Source of the DNA: Gnetum montanum
Lineage: Eukaryota; Plantae; Gnetophyta
DNA: 64,000 bases
NCBI GenBank assembly: GCA_015680685.1
Contig: MNCI01000270.1
Location: 110,341 to 174,340 of the forward strand
Direction: 5' to 3'
Part shown: in pieces, positions 1-13,729 of the stretch
Numbering within the stretch: position 1 is the first letter of the stretch
How the letters are laid out: each line of letters starts with the position of its first letter
Notes under the pieces: generated by a model
Databases searched by the model: none
What the model was told of the DNA's origin: nothing
Seen by the model: the letters and a program-made list of their open reading frames with translations, nothing else
Made by a program: the position numbers and the translations under genes

Positions 1-2970
1 TGCCAAAGGTGACAATAGATAACGTTAGACATGTTCTTGGAGTCAAAAGAAGCTAATTTCAATTCCACGGCTAGATGATTTAGGTCTAAATTTCAATAGT
101 GGAGGTGGCCATTGGAGGATTTCTAAGGGAATCATGACCATTCTGAAAGAAAAGAAGGAGGGCAGCTGAAAGAAAAGGAGGGCAGCTTATATACATTGAT
201 GGAAGATTCATGCAACTCTGTTGCAACAGTTTTTGATGCAAAATGTTCTGAAGTGTGGCATAGATGTCTTGGACACATTGGCTGGTCAGGCTTAAAGGTA
301 CTTCAAAATCAATCTCTCATTCATGTATTTTCTTATGCCCAAACTGATTGCAAAAACTATTTAGTTGGAAAATCTAGGAGAGTAAACTTCTGTAGGGATC
401 TGAATAGCAGAAAGAAAAATAAGTTAGAATTGGTCTATTTTGATGTTTGTGCTCCTATGACTCCCATTTCTCTTGGTGGATCTGTTTATTTTGTAACTTT
501 CATAGATGATTATACAAGAAAGGTTTGGGTTTATATGATGAAATCAAAAAATGAAGTGTTTTTAGTTTTCAAAACATTTGTTGCAACAGTAGAAAATGAA
601 ACAAGTCTGAAAATAAAATGTTTGCAAATTGATAACGATGGGGAGTACACTTCCAAAGTATTTGCTAATTTCTGCAACAGCAAAAGAATTAAGCACATGC
701 ATACCCCTCATGGTACCACAGGAAAACGGAGTTGCTAAAAGATGCAACAAAACATTGTTGGATTGTGCTAGAACAATGGTTTCAGGTGCTAGCCTACCTA
801 AGATGTTTTGAGGAGAGGCAGTTAAGACTGCAGCATATTTGGTGAACAGGTCTCCACATTCTTTAATTGATAATGTTGTTCCAGAAGTTGTTTGGAGAGG
901 TAAAGGCATTTCATACAATCATTTAAGAATTTTTGGACGCAAAGCATTTATGCATATTCCAAAAGAGAACAGAACTAAGCTGCAAGACAAGGCTAAACAT
1001 TGCATATTTGTTGGATATGGAGAAGATGATTTAGAATTCAGACTTTGGGATCCTGAATTGAAACGTGTAGTGAGATCAAGGGACGTTAAATTCAAAGAAA
1101 ACATGATATTTAGTGAGCTGCAAATGAAAGACAAGGACAACAATGGCTCAAACAACATGAGAACTCCTTTTAGGGTGACTGAAGAAGTTGAAAATGATTA
1201 AATTCATGGCTTTTCCAAATCTGGAAACATTGGACAACATGCTGAAATTACATGGCAGCAAGCTGGGAACTCAAGATAGCAAGGAGAAAATGGAGGACAA
1301 CAAGGAAATGAGGAAGAAGATGATGAACAGGCTACAAATGTGTCTCATTGGGTTAGAAGGTCAACAAGAGCTACCAGACCTCCTGACAGGTACTCTCCCT
1401 CGCTGAATTATGTACTTTATAGTGATAGTGGTGAACCGAAAACAATGGAGGAAGCCATGACGTGTACTGATGCTACAAAGTGAAAGGCAACTATGAATGA
1501 TGAATGGGAATCACTCCAGCAGAACAAAACGTGGGAGCTAGTTCAATTGCCAAAAGGGAGAAAACCCTTGGAGTATAGGTGGCTATACAAAATTAAAACA
1601 AAGGCCAATGGGGGAAAACATTACAAGGCCAAGTTGGTGGTGTAACGCTATGCACAAAAACTAGGCATAGACTTTCAAGAAATTTTTTCTCCGATGGTAA
1701 AACAATCTTCTATACATTTAGTGCATGGACTTAGAATTGGAATAGCTTGACATAAAAACAGCATTCCTCCATGGAGATTTGGAGGAGGAACTATACATGA
1801 AATGGCCAAAAGGGTATGAAAAACAACAAGGTTTAAGTCTAGTTTGCAAACTAAAAAAGAGCTTATATTGTTTGAAACAAGCCCCTAGGCAATGGTATAA
1901 AAGGTTTGATACCTTCATGAAGAACCTGAATTATCAAAGAAACAATCTGGACCACTGTGTGTATTTTTCTGGAGATGTTTCGAGTAAGTTTACAGTGTTG
2001 TTGTTGTATGTTGATGATATGTTAATTGCTGGAAATGACATGGCAAAAATAAAACATCTAAAACTGGAAATGGGCAAAGAATTTGCTATGAAGGATTTGG
2101 GACAGGCAAAGAAAATTCTTGGAATGAATATTTACAAGGACAGAAAAAGGAAGAAGCTGTAGCTGAGTCAAGAAGATTACATTGGAAAGGTTCTAAAACA
2201 TTTCAACATGGAGGATGCAAAACCTATAAGTACACCTCCTTCAGCACAATTTAATTTATCAAAGGAGGACTGTCCAAAGTCAAAAAAGGACTTTGAAAAG
2301 GTGAAAAACGTCCCATACTTTTGCTATTGGGTCATTGATGTATGCCATGGTTTGTACACATCCTGATATTGCTTATGCCATTGAAGTAGTTAGTAGATTT
2401 ATGACCAACTATGGGTGGAATCACTGGCTGGCTGTTAAATGGATTCTAAAATATTTAAAGGGCACAAAAACACATTGCTTGTGTTTTGGAGATGCTAATC
2501 TGCACATTGAAGGTTTTGTAGATGCAAACTTTGCTGTTGATCATGATACAAAATGTTCCACTACATGGTACACATTTTTTTTTGGTGGTGCAACAGTGAG
2601 TTGGTTGTCACATCTACAACCACTGGTAACTTTATCTACAACCGAATCAAAATATGTAGCTCTCACAGAAGCATGCAAGGACATGTTATGGATGAAGAGA
2701 TTCTTGCAATCTCTTGGATTAAAACAACAAAGGTATGCTTTGTTTTGTGACAGTTTGAGAGTAATCCATCTTGCAAAGAATTCTGCCTTTCATGCCAAAA
2801 TAAAACATATATATATCCGGTTCCACTTCATAAGAGAAATCATAGAAGACGGCTTGGTGCATGTTCAAAAGGTCCATACAAAGCTTAATGTTGTTGATGC
2901 TTTAACAAAACTAGTGATAGTTGAAAAACACATTTTTTGTAAAAAGAAGCTTGAGATAGTTGAAGCTTAA
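1..2970 (+). pseudogene. Ty1/copia pol (GAG-pre-integrase, integrase, RT, RNase H), disrupted by stops and frameshifts
   Basis: WHRCLGH, YFVTFIDDYTRKVW, QENGVAKR (integrase); SLYCLKQAPRQW, LLLYVDDMLI (RT); TLSTTESKYVA, KHIYIRFHFIRE (RNase H); INT-RT-RH order is the copia order. Confidence 0.97.
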
Positions 2971-3023
2971 TTAAAAGTGCACATCTCTTGAAGGCTGGTT
3001 GGATTTGTCTTCAAGGGGGAGTT

Positions 3024-3508
3024 TGTTGGAAAAATGAAGACAAATACATTAGTATTATTTGTTGTATTTCCTTTTATGTTTTGAAAAGGATGTTGCATTT
3101 TAAATAATGATATGAAAATAAATAGAGGGAGAGGGGTCAGTTTGTAAAATGATGTTTATGCGGGGATGTGTTTTATCCCACATGTGTTAGGATTGGGATT
3201 TGGTCCTAATGTTTCCTTATAAATAGAAGGCTTGGGGTAGCATTTAGGTGGGTGTTTTTTTTTTTTTTATGTAGAAGCATTGTATTGGAGTTTTACCTTG
3301 GAGACGAGAGTCTAAGATCTGAGATCTATTGGAGTAACAGATTGGGTGCTTGGGAAAGCTATAAGGACAGCTTGTGTCCTTAAGATTTGAGCAAAATAGA
3401 AGGCAAATCAACATTGTTGTGGAGGTAGGGTAAAAAGGGCTCAAACCACGTAAATCTTTGTGTTCTTATGCTATTTTCTTTCATTGTTTTCATTCTACTT
3501 TTACAACA
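3024..3508 (+). mobile_element. 3' LTR of the copia element
   Basis: Polypurine tract AAGGGGGAG at 3013-3021, then TGTTG...CAACA termini; TATAAATA at ~3218. Confidence 0.85.
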
Positions 3509-6500
3509 AACGTTTGCTAGAGTTTACAGCAGTTTTTCAGTGATTTACAATGTCTATTTTATCTGCTACAGTGTGATATTTTCTGCCTTTAACGTTTTAT
3601 TCAAATCTACAGCGTTCTAATAATTTCTCCAGAGCTTCTCTAGTGTATTTTCAGATCTGATCTGCTGACTGTTTTATTGAAACTATGTCTTCTGATTATA
3701 ACACCTCCAACAAACCCCCAAGAAAGCAATGATGGTAGTTTTCTGCCGGTTCTTCAACCCCCCTCCCCCCATGGTCACTGACCTTAAGAAGCACCCCAGA
3801 TCAAGAGAGCCTAGCCTAGAACATAACTCATTCAATGTTTCAAAACTATGGAGATTGCAAGAATGCCATGGATTTTCAACAGAGAGATCAAAATCTTGAG
3901 CAAATATCGCTCCTAATGCAATTAAGGTTGTCATGGATTCTGGGATTGCAAGTGATTAACAAGGAGTTCTAGTTAACAAGTGTCAAGTGGAGGACTATGA
4001 CCAGTTTTGTCAGCTAGTTTCTACTCCATTTTGGAATGAGGGACCTACCAACCCCTAGGTCTTTGAACAAATTAGTTGCATGTAGTGGCAGCTACAACGG
4101 CTTCCTGCCCCATCCAATGATGATGTTAGCCCATCCACTCCCTCCCCAATCAATCCATAAGCTCCAGCCCAAGGCCATCTATAGTAAGGTGCTCCTCTGA
4201 GGTGGCCACTTGGTGGTGTTTTTGCTCTGTTGCTGTTTGGACATGCAAGTCAATGTAGGGCATTGTGCCATTGGATAATGTTTTCATTTTGTGTTTGATG
4301 AACCGTTGGTCTCATGTAGATTGGATTTCCTATTTGAGTGCTGGCCAAAAAGGCAGCCTGGCTTTGTGTTTTCAGTCTTTGGAAATTATGTGTCCGCTAC
4401 TTGGGCCTGGTAAGGACAGTTACAATGTTTCCATTTTTGTTGTTTTTGCCCAAGAGCCTTCATGGCATTTTTGCAACTCTATGTTACTATAAAGCTCTTT
4501 GGTTTTCATCCAAAAAAAATACATGTAACAAAATAAAAGCAGTACAAAACTCTATAAAGTATGAGTTTCAAATAGGTAACGGCATTGCTATAACTAGAGG
4601 TAGCATGGAAATGTGAGCATCTCTGCTGGCAGCCCTATACAGAAGCAATTAAATTGGTGGAGATTAAATCACCATCTTTTTATGGTGGTTGTTGTCAGAA
4701 CCTAAAACAGCTTAACTATAAGTACACCACAAGACATATAGCCAACATGATACATCAAAAGAATTATGGAGGAATATAACGATGCCTGAAATGTATCTCA
4801 AACTGGAAACCCCTTGTTTGCAAATCCTTGTCATACAATGAACTAACTGCTTAGCCATCTCACATTGGCCTGACAGTGAAGGCCTTGACAAAAACTCAGT
4901 GTCAATGTTGGATAAAATGATGTACAATAAACAAGAATCAGTGAAATTCAGTGGAAATAGTGTACTTGAAGTAGCTGACTAATGTCTGCCAAGACAAAGA
5001 CAGCTCCAAAGAAACGTTTGGCATTGTGTGCTTAATCCTGAGTTTATGAACCAACTTAAGACAAAATATTCTACTGCTGCTGTCAGAGGTTGCAGAGTTC
5101 AGACGTTGCAGAGTTCATATGTCATCAAATAAGATGTTAAAAATGTAGGAACATTCTTATCTACATGAAACACATATTTCAAGTAAACAAATGAAGCTGG
5201 CATAGAGAAGGATGCAACAGCAACATGTGAAAAACAAAGAAAGAAGATTTCCTAATCATACTAAGTATACTTACAAGAAATTGCATAAATTGATTTCATT
5301 CCCTGTTTGAGGTGGCTTTGAAAGTATACCCAAACTCCTCTTGTTTCTCAAACAAAATACAGTCCCAGAATGAGAAATTTGATTTCTCTTTTATTTTTAA
5401 TGTACTTTGAGATGTTCAAAACATTTCCAAAAATAAAAAATGTTTTTCATCTTTCAAGTATGCTACTACAAGGCCACTATTCGGCAAGATTCAGGTCAAC
5501 TATGCGCATGAGTTTGTTTCCTTAAAAACAGCAAGATTGACAAAAAAAACCAAGTTACCTGAAGCTGTCAGTGATAAAATCAGACTTGAATCCAATCGTA
5601 TTAAAGTTTAATGATCTCTTTACCATAAGTTTTCTATAGGTAATTTACAGATGACTTTTACAGTATAAGCTTCATTTATAAGTTGAAGAGACAAAATCCA
5701 CACAATATTAAAAAATAAACAAAAAAATAACAAAGCAAAGAATGTGGAACAAGGAAATGAAGAGAAGTTGTTAAAGAAATTAGGAAAAGTGCCCTGCATG
5801 TTACCTAAAAATATTAAATATTAATACATGTCTTACAGTTAATAATGAGGTGTTAGTCAAGTGCTGAGACTCGTTATTTCAAAGCTCTAAATTATAGGTT
5901 CAATTCCAGTGAGTAGCACTAAGTTATATAGTTCTACTTAAATCCTATAAAAGTTCTGCATTGTCTATAAGTCATGTTACTTTTATTATGCAGATCTTTT
6001 CATCATCGGTACCACTTTTAATATGAATTTAAAGGGGAAAAAACCCACACAAAACACAAAATTAAATAAATGTTTTTCCGGGGCTTTAGCACATCCTCAA
6101 TATGTATTTCTGGGCTTTAGCAGGACTACACATTTACAATCTATTTTGGCTAAATGGCTACAAACCACTCGTATTATAGTGCCTAGTAATCCACAACTTT
6201 TCTTTTGGAATTTCTGATTTTCGCTGTGTTTTTTTTTTTTTTTTTAACAAGTCTTTCACTGTTTAGTTCTCTCTACCTCGTCGTGAGTTAGATGCCGATG
6301 TTTACTATCTTACTGTCTTTATCTTGTCGTGTGTTTTCCTCCTCTTTCTTTGGTTTTCCAAAATGCTTTTACACTCCTGATTCAGCCAACAGCCCATTTT
6401 TCTTTTCAAGGACACAGGCTGCTCAAATCAGCAAGGATGATGTACTGTGGCGATGACTGCCACTTACTACTAAACACTATTTTTTAACATTTTAAATACC

Positions 6501-6736
6501 ATGGGTATATTCAACTTCTGTTCAACCAATTTTATCACAAGAAGTAGCTTCTGCTTTCTATGAGTTACACTACACAATTAAGCAAACGACCCATGTTATT
6601 CAATTCACCCTAGTTACTATTATAATGCTAAAGCTGCCTGAAACATTTTGGTGCTGCGTTCCAACTCCATCTGTCCGTTAAGACGGTCTAGATTACTGTA
6701 CTTTTGTACTTTAATAACTAAAAGACAGATTCGTAC

Positions 6737-7177
6737 CTTTAAATAAACAATCAGATATTGTAAACCAAAATAGTCCGGGTTTAAAACTGGGCTCTTGCTC
6801 CCTTCAGTAGCAGATATATAGAATCAGCAAATCAAAACATCAAAATGAATAAGAAAAAAGGATAATCCAATATCGTCGGTCGAAAGCATAAAAATACCTG
6901 ATATGGAACCGTAAATGAGAATGCGAATAAAACCCGTCACACCAACCGGAAATTCCGGTTTTAATGTGTATGGATTTGCTGGTGAAGGGTCGTCTGACAG
7001 ACAATATGATCCGAACTTAATTCTCCGAGTGCAAATAGGAAAATTCGTCATATCTGTTATGCAAGTATGAAAACAGGTACAAGTGGGTCCTGCAAGTTCG
7101 AGATCAAACTCCTTGGATTGTTCTTCGATTTCAAACCCAAATATACAGTGGCATATGACTGTCCGCGGACCGGTCAT
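6737..7177 (-). other. Putative 5' exons of an unidentified host transcript (6898-7177 and 6737-6801)
   Basis: CpG-rich island in CpG-depleted DNA; donor CAG|GTATTT at 6897, 96-nt intron, weak AAG acceptor, second exon open in phase (GSKSPVLNPDYFGLQYLIVYLK) ending AAG|GTACG; no family recognised. Confidence 0.3.
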
Positions 7178-8469
7178 TCAGATTTGCACTAACTACCTTT
7201 AGTTTGAGATGGATTTTTTAACTTTCTTAAGGTGTATGGCGTCACATGGTGTGACCATTTTTGGCCAAGACTCTTAACTACTAACCTGTCTAGGATAGTC
7301 TTTCTTGATCATAGTAACAATGAGGTCTTAGCCGGGTGGTATGGGTCTTGACCTAGTAACCTTAGGTCACACATTCAATTCTGCTACTCTAGGTCACAAG
7401 TTTGATTTTACTAAGTAGCATCAAGTTATAAACTTTTGTAAATCTTGGGGCATACCTATGTTTCAATTATTTCAAGTTCCAACACTGGGTGTACCTATGT
7501 TTCAATTATTTCAGGTTCTAACACTCCTATTTCTCAATCACAGTAAAATAATTATATGGTCATAACAATAAAGAGAAGCTCTCTTGGTCAACTCATCATA
7601 AGAATTAAAAGGAGCTTTATGTTCTAAGGGCTAACTACCAATTTGTTGGACTTTGCCATGGTAAATAAATTATAAGAGATGAACTTTTTAATGAAAAAAA
7701 AATTTATTCTCATCATAAAAGTTAAAAGGAGCTTTCTGTTATGAGGGCTAACTACCATTGGACTTTGCCATAGTAAATAAATTATAAGAGATGAACTTTT
7801 TAATGAAAATTATTATTTTGGCTATGAGTTTTGCTAAGAGGCCAACTACTTTATAACCTAGACTTTGTTCTTGGAAAATCAATTTTCAATGCATCAATTT
7901 GATATTTTTTAATTTGAAAAACATAAATGATTCTCTCAACGAAATATAAGATATATACCATAAAAATATAGCTAAACTAGTTTCTAACTCATAAAAGAGG
8001 GGTTTATCTTACTTTGCCACTACCATAATTATTTACATTTATTTCAATATATATATATAAGGGTTTAGAGCATGTTTTGTATGCATTGTTCACCTCATTA
8101 AAATATATGGTTGGTAGTTTATGGTTGTACAAAGTTGTAGTTTATGGTTTGTAGTTAAAATATATGGTTTGTAGTATGCAACAAAATTCTACTATTCATT
8201 GTAAGGGCAATATTGTTCAGTGGGTTTCTCTCAAGCCTTGCAAAATCTTGAAAAAAGATTCTATTTTCAAAATTTTATGAATACCTTTTTCTTTTGAGTC
8301 TAATTTTATTATTTAGAAGGATAGCTCTTCCAAATATGTTTAGAAGGATAGCAAATATGTTTTCCCTTTGAATCCAAAAGTTGCTTATGAGATTATTACA
8401 AAAAATAATTTTATTCATAACAAATTCAATAAGGCCTAAAAAATACAATTATCATCTTACTTTTGGATG

Positions 8470-9115
8470 AAGAAAATGAAAGATATTTGAAGAGTTCAAA
8501 TATTTTTTAAAATTCATATTTTTTATGGTGTCTTATTCATCAAGGTCTTCCTATTAGCACTTGTCTTCAACATACGAGAAATTTTTTTCTCAATCTCCTA
8601 TTCGTATAAACAAAGACTCACTTTCTCATGCTTTTTTTAGTGCACTATTACTCAACATGCTTGTAAATGTACATCCAAATTTTGTAACAACTTTCAACCA
8701 AGCATCAATGAAGTCATTATTGGTTATCAACTTGCTTGGTCTACTTTATTTCTTTACATTTGGAATTGTCTTCGACCACTTGTTCTTTACTCTATTTGAA
8801 AGCTTCAATGTGTAGTTATTTTCCAAAAGCAAGAGCATAATTTTGACCTCTCTTTAGGTGTCAAATATCATATTTTCAAATATGTCACTTTTTAGCTATA
8901 ACTTCAAGCAAAAAAGCTCCCAATAAAAGCTGAACAATTAATTTGATTTCTATAGTATTAATTTCTTTTTATTTTGGAGGCTCAAGGATAGAAAGCTTTT
9001 AGCTTTTGTTGCTATTTTTTCCTTTTTGTGATTGATATATTCTTTTTTCTTTAAAGAGAATTTTCTACTTCTCTTTATAAGAAACTTTTTAGTAAGAAGT
9101 GAAACTCGTGAGGAT
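8470..9115. repeat. Left arm of a diverged inverted duplication (right arm 9620-9922 plus 23294-23630)
   Basis: CTTTACTCTATTTGAAAGCTTCAATGTGTAGTTATTTTC (~8786-8823) is near-identical to the reverse complement of GAAAATAATTACATAT[A1]TGAAGCTTTCAAATAGAGTAAAAG; further matching blocks along both arms. Confidence 0.8.
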
Positions 9116-9922
9116 GCTTCTGAATAAGGGGATTCCCTATTCCTTTTCTTGTCCTATAAGGAATGTTTTTTAGGATTGGTTGTAAGGATGAAAACTTGAA
9201 AAGGCATTTCCAAAACTAGTGGGTTTTTTTCTTTAGACTTTATCTTCAATGATCTAATGTACTCATAATTTTTTTTAATATTACTATTCATTTTTTTGGA
9301 ATCTAACACCCCTTTCCCCTTAAACTCTATTAAAGTACTCTATTTATTACATCTTGAAGAAAAGCTAAATCCATGATAATGATAACTCTCATGCAATATT
9401 AGTTGAATGAAAGAAAAACTCATAATATGAATCAAACTCCAAAACATGATTAATAATATTTAAAAAATTTTAAGTACATCAAATCAATGAAGAGAGAGTC
9501 TAAAGAAAAAGGCCAATAATTTGGAGATCCCTTTTTAGATTTTCATTCTCATAACCAAACATAAAAAAATCTTTCCTTTAGGGTGGGAAAAAAATCAAGT
9601 CTTGCCCTTGGTCAAAAGTGTGCTCATGAATTTTCACTTCTTACTAAAAGGTTTCGTGTAAGGAAAATGAGAAAACTCTCTCTAAAGACAAATGAACACA
9701 TCAATTGGAAATAATGAACAAATAGCTTAATTTTATAGAAAATTAGGAGCTCCCAAAATAAAAAGAAATTAATTTAATAAAAAATAAATTCATTATTCAT
9801 CATTAACTAAGAGCTTTTTTGCTTGAAACTATAGTTAAAAAGAGACATCTTTGATAATATGATATTTAACTCCTAAAGAAAGGTCATGTTTATGTTTTTA
9901 TTGTTAGAAAATAATTACATAT

Positions 9923-10308
9923 TGATGAGCCGCAATATCGGGGCTGTGATATTGCATCCACGATATCAGGTATGCGATATCGGGGCCTTCCAAGCGATAT
10001 CGGACATCCGATATCGGGGCCTGTCTTATCACCTATAAATAAGAGGTAGGCACACTTGGTTTGGCAATAGTTGGTTCATTAGTCTTAGTCCCTTACTTGA
10101 ACTCTTGCCTTTTTCACTTCTCAGAGTTAGAGTTATTTCTGAGTGCCCGCAATAGGAGTCATAAAGCGAATGGGTCCTTATTTGAGCCTTGTGTACCCGC
10201 CTGGGTTCTGTAAAGGCGCATAAGCACCTAGTCCTTGGAATTTGACTGGATCGTGCATGTACGCTTGTATTCATATGGTTGAGCAACAGGATACCCCGCT
10301 GCTCATCA
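9923..10308 (+). repeat. A1 5' LTR (internally deleted)
   Basis: Aligns to 22438-~22711 and ~23177-23288. Confidence 0.92.
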
Positions 10309-10309
10309 T

Positions 10310-10327
10310 TGGTGCCATTGCTAGGGA
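10310..10327 (+). promoter_or_regulatory. Primer-binding site, tRNA-Asp type (decayed)
   Basis: TGGTGCCATTGCTAGGGA equals TGGCGCCGTTGCCGGGGA with CpG-type transitions, immediately after the LTR. Confidence 0.8.
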
Positions 10328-10446
10328 CTTTGTTGTTTGTGCACTAGCTAGAACTTAGGAAATCTTTACATCATTGGAACAAACCCTTAGGGTTGGTTAT
10401 CTTACAATTAGTGAAATGAAAAGTATTGCACACTGAATAGAAAGTT

Positions 10447-13400
10447 ATGTCCCCTTCTTCTTACGAGAGTGTTTCACCACCTAAGTCCGATACAGGGAAC
10501 AATCAGAGGAGTAGTACACATGATAATCCGCTAGTCCCTCAACAGTTTCATGTGGTATACGTTCATCCTGATGAGTATAGACCAAACTTTACCTTTATCC
10601 TTCACCAAGATGAACAATTATGTTGGCGCGATTTATAAGGTAACATAGTGTTACCTCCCGATTGCTCAGTTTTGGGCATGCTTATTCATGCTCTTACACG
10701 AATTGGTATGCAACATTTATAGGCAGAGTACGTTGTTCATGATCATGACTCGAGAGAGTATCGACCCATGGAGGCACAACATCAAAGGGATCTACAACAG
10801 GAGAGATGTCATAAATCCATGAAGGGGAAGTTATCTCGAAATGTCCCATATGTCATAGGTGAAAATGAGGGAGTGAACCTACCTTAAGAGGTCTCCCACG
10901 CAATGATGTTCCTCCTGTTGACTTCGGTCAAGGGGTTGTGTATCAGAATCTTCATGTAACTATCCATAACCCAAATTTTGGTATCGATGGACACAAAGGG
11001 TTTGAAAAAGGAACACGAACACATGAAAAAGATGGACATTCTAATCATAATTACAATTAAGGCTGCGACCACCGAAGAGAAGGAAGCAGGCACCATCATG
11101 GTGACAGTCCTCCTCTTTCTTTACCTTCATCATCTCCTTCATCCTCTCCTTCAGGATCTAGATGTAGTCACAAGGAAAAAGACCCTAAGGATAATGGTAA
11201 GCGAAATGGGAATCATAGACAAAGCAGCCGAGCAAGAGAACGAGGGCATTCTAGAGAAACTCATCATGAAAGGAGGGAGAGTAGGGGACAACATAGGCAT
11301 CATAAACGCCATAAACAGTATGATCACGATGAACCCCTACTTGCTACCCAAAGTATGCTAGATATAACTGAGGCTGTTAGAATCCCAACAAGGCACTAAA
11401 AAATAGTAGGATCAAAAGATTGGACATAAACAATATCCCACGATTTGAAAGGGGATACAATGCTAATCCTCAAAATCATTTGCAAGCATTTGATGATGCA
11501 TGTGCCTTGCAAAACATAAAAAACGAATGGCAAAAACTCAAGTTGTTTTCATGGACACTGATCAAGGAAGTGGAAAGTTGGTACTAGTCCTTAGAACCAG
11601 AATCCATTTGTTGATGGAGTACCATGTTAGAACTTTTTAATGATAAGTATCAAACATACTCCCCAGTGTCCAACCTATGAAAACAAATCCAAGGATGAAA
11701 AGAAGGAGGACATGAACCCTTGGATGCTTCCATGGGCCGATATTATGCATCGTTACATCGTTGCCCAGGCCATGGTTACTAGCAGAGGGAACAACTATGC
11801 CATCTCGTAGATGGGCTTAGGCACGAAACGCGAAGAACCCTTGGGACTTATGCCCAAGGAAGGCTATATGAGCTTAGGCCTGGAGCAAGTTGCTAAAGAG
11901 GAAGGTTAGTTAAGGAAAACAGAGAGTGTGGAAGAATATAACAAAGATCCTTCCCTCCAAAAGAAGGGAGTTAGATTTTATGAGGATGAAGAAGAGTCAC
12001 CACTCAAAGAGATGGTGAATAAGAAAACTTTGCCCATTTAGAAATTTGCATCAGAAGTATCAGCAAAGGTAGATCAAATGTCAGACTCCCTAGATAATAA
12101 ATTTTAAACCATTCTTAAAATAATAGAGGAGTCTAGGGAACAAAGTAGTGATCGAGAAAGGAGAAAAAAGAGAGAAGATGAATATGCACATAATAAAGGT
12201 AAGGGTAAAGTGGCCATCATCGAAGAGGTTGTGGATTCAGATACAGAAAATACAGAAAATGATGGTGGATGTGAGATATGTCAATATGACTATCCTAAGG
12301 GATGTTACCCTATAATCTCACACCTATAGGAGTCTGGGGTGTATGCACTTAACCCAGGATTAAACAGAAGGCAAACACCCGGAAGGTTACCTTATCCCCA
12401 AGGTAACCCAAGGCAGTTCCACCAATCCTTGATGTATTATACAAGTGGAACTCCACCACAATCAAATGAGCAGTACCAATAGTGGTAGCATCCACAATCA
12501 TGGGGGGTGCCACCACCACATCAACAGTAGCCTTAAGGTCAACTTGACCTGTATGAATACTACGTGTAGCAACCAATCTCTCCATGTAACTCTACTAGTC
12601 ACATTGCTCCCCAATCTCACTACCAAACCCACAAGTACTATAGAACTCCTTCTCCTAGGGATGATGTTACACAAATGAACTATCCTTCTCATCCAGCTAC
12701 ATCTCTTCCACCCTTAGCTCCATTACCACCTACTCCAGCTATGTAGGGTGAGCTCCCTACCCAACTATAACAACGTAACACTACAAGGGCTGTTAATCCT
12801 CAATCTACTGTTGGTTCAAACAACTACACAAAGAAGAGACCTTTCTTTAGAACCAACAATCTAACTAAGTCCTTACAACCACAAGTGGCTAATCCTCCAA
12901 ATGCCTCACCATCATTCAAATCTTTGGAACTCCCTTCAAACCAAGAACCACGCCCAACACATATGGTCATGTTAACTCATGCTGTCATCAATTAGATTAA
13001 AGCTGGCCACTTTCCTAGGAAATTTTCTGATCCTGGAAGTCCTCTTATATATCTACAAATTGCTGGGAATGAACTTTGTAAGGCTCTTTTGGATTCAGGT
13101 TCTGGTGTCAACTTAATCTCTCAAGAAAGGTACAAAGCCTGGAACCTGCCTCCACTAAAAAAGAGTAACATTCATTTAGAGCTAGCCAACTAGTCCATCA
13201 CTATCCCATTAGGACTAGTGGAGGACATTGTTATCACTGTTTGTGGATGGTCGTACCTAGCTGAATTTCTAGAGATTCAAGTTAATAACTATGATCCTAG
13301 GAATATCATAATGGGAAGAGCATGGCTAAGCACAATTGACACATTCCTAGGAATATGTGATCTTTCCCTAGAGATATCAAAGGAAAATATATTTGGAAAG

Positions 13401-13460
13401 ATTGAAAAGAAGAAAGTTTTGTACATTGCATACAGTGACATAGGGTGTAATTGTGTGTAG
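10447..13460 (+). pseudogene. A1 gag plus aspartic protease remnant
   Basis: Gag-like HLQAFDDACAL...KLKLF (~11477-11550); Pro-rich linker; DPGSPL...ALLDSGSGVNLI at ~13030-13120. Confidence 0.85.
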
Positions 13461-13729
13461 AAGTCCTAGTTTGTACAACGTTTAACATTACTTGCATGCA
13501 ACCAGTGTGCACAAGTAACTAACACACAAAGATGCTTGTATGCAACAGCTATAAGATAAGAAGGCACCTAGTGGCTGATAGCTGACCAAGAGAGCAATTC
13601 AACTATATGCATGGAATCAACTGAGGGGTTGACTTGCACTTACAATGATAGCATAGATACATTAGAGCAAGTCCATCACCAACTTCCACGTCTCAACATT
13701 GAAAGTATCAATGGGGGGAAGTTGGAAAT

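Noticed and set aside
146-187. Short tandem duplication GAAAGAAAA(GAA)GGAGGGCAGCT in copia pol
   Set aside because: Ordinary slippage or repair duplication in a dead element
5521-5633. Possible further minus-strand exon (5559-5633)
   Set aside because: Phase does not fit the 6737 exon and the next intron would be only 38 nt
5850-5920. tRNA-like A/B boxes (also ~55990 and ~56510 on minus)
   Set aside because: No cloverleaf; at best decayed SINE heads
7450-7810. Two local direct duplications (~35 bp and ~115 bp)
   Set aside because: Two copies each with no unique spacers; simple tandem duplication
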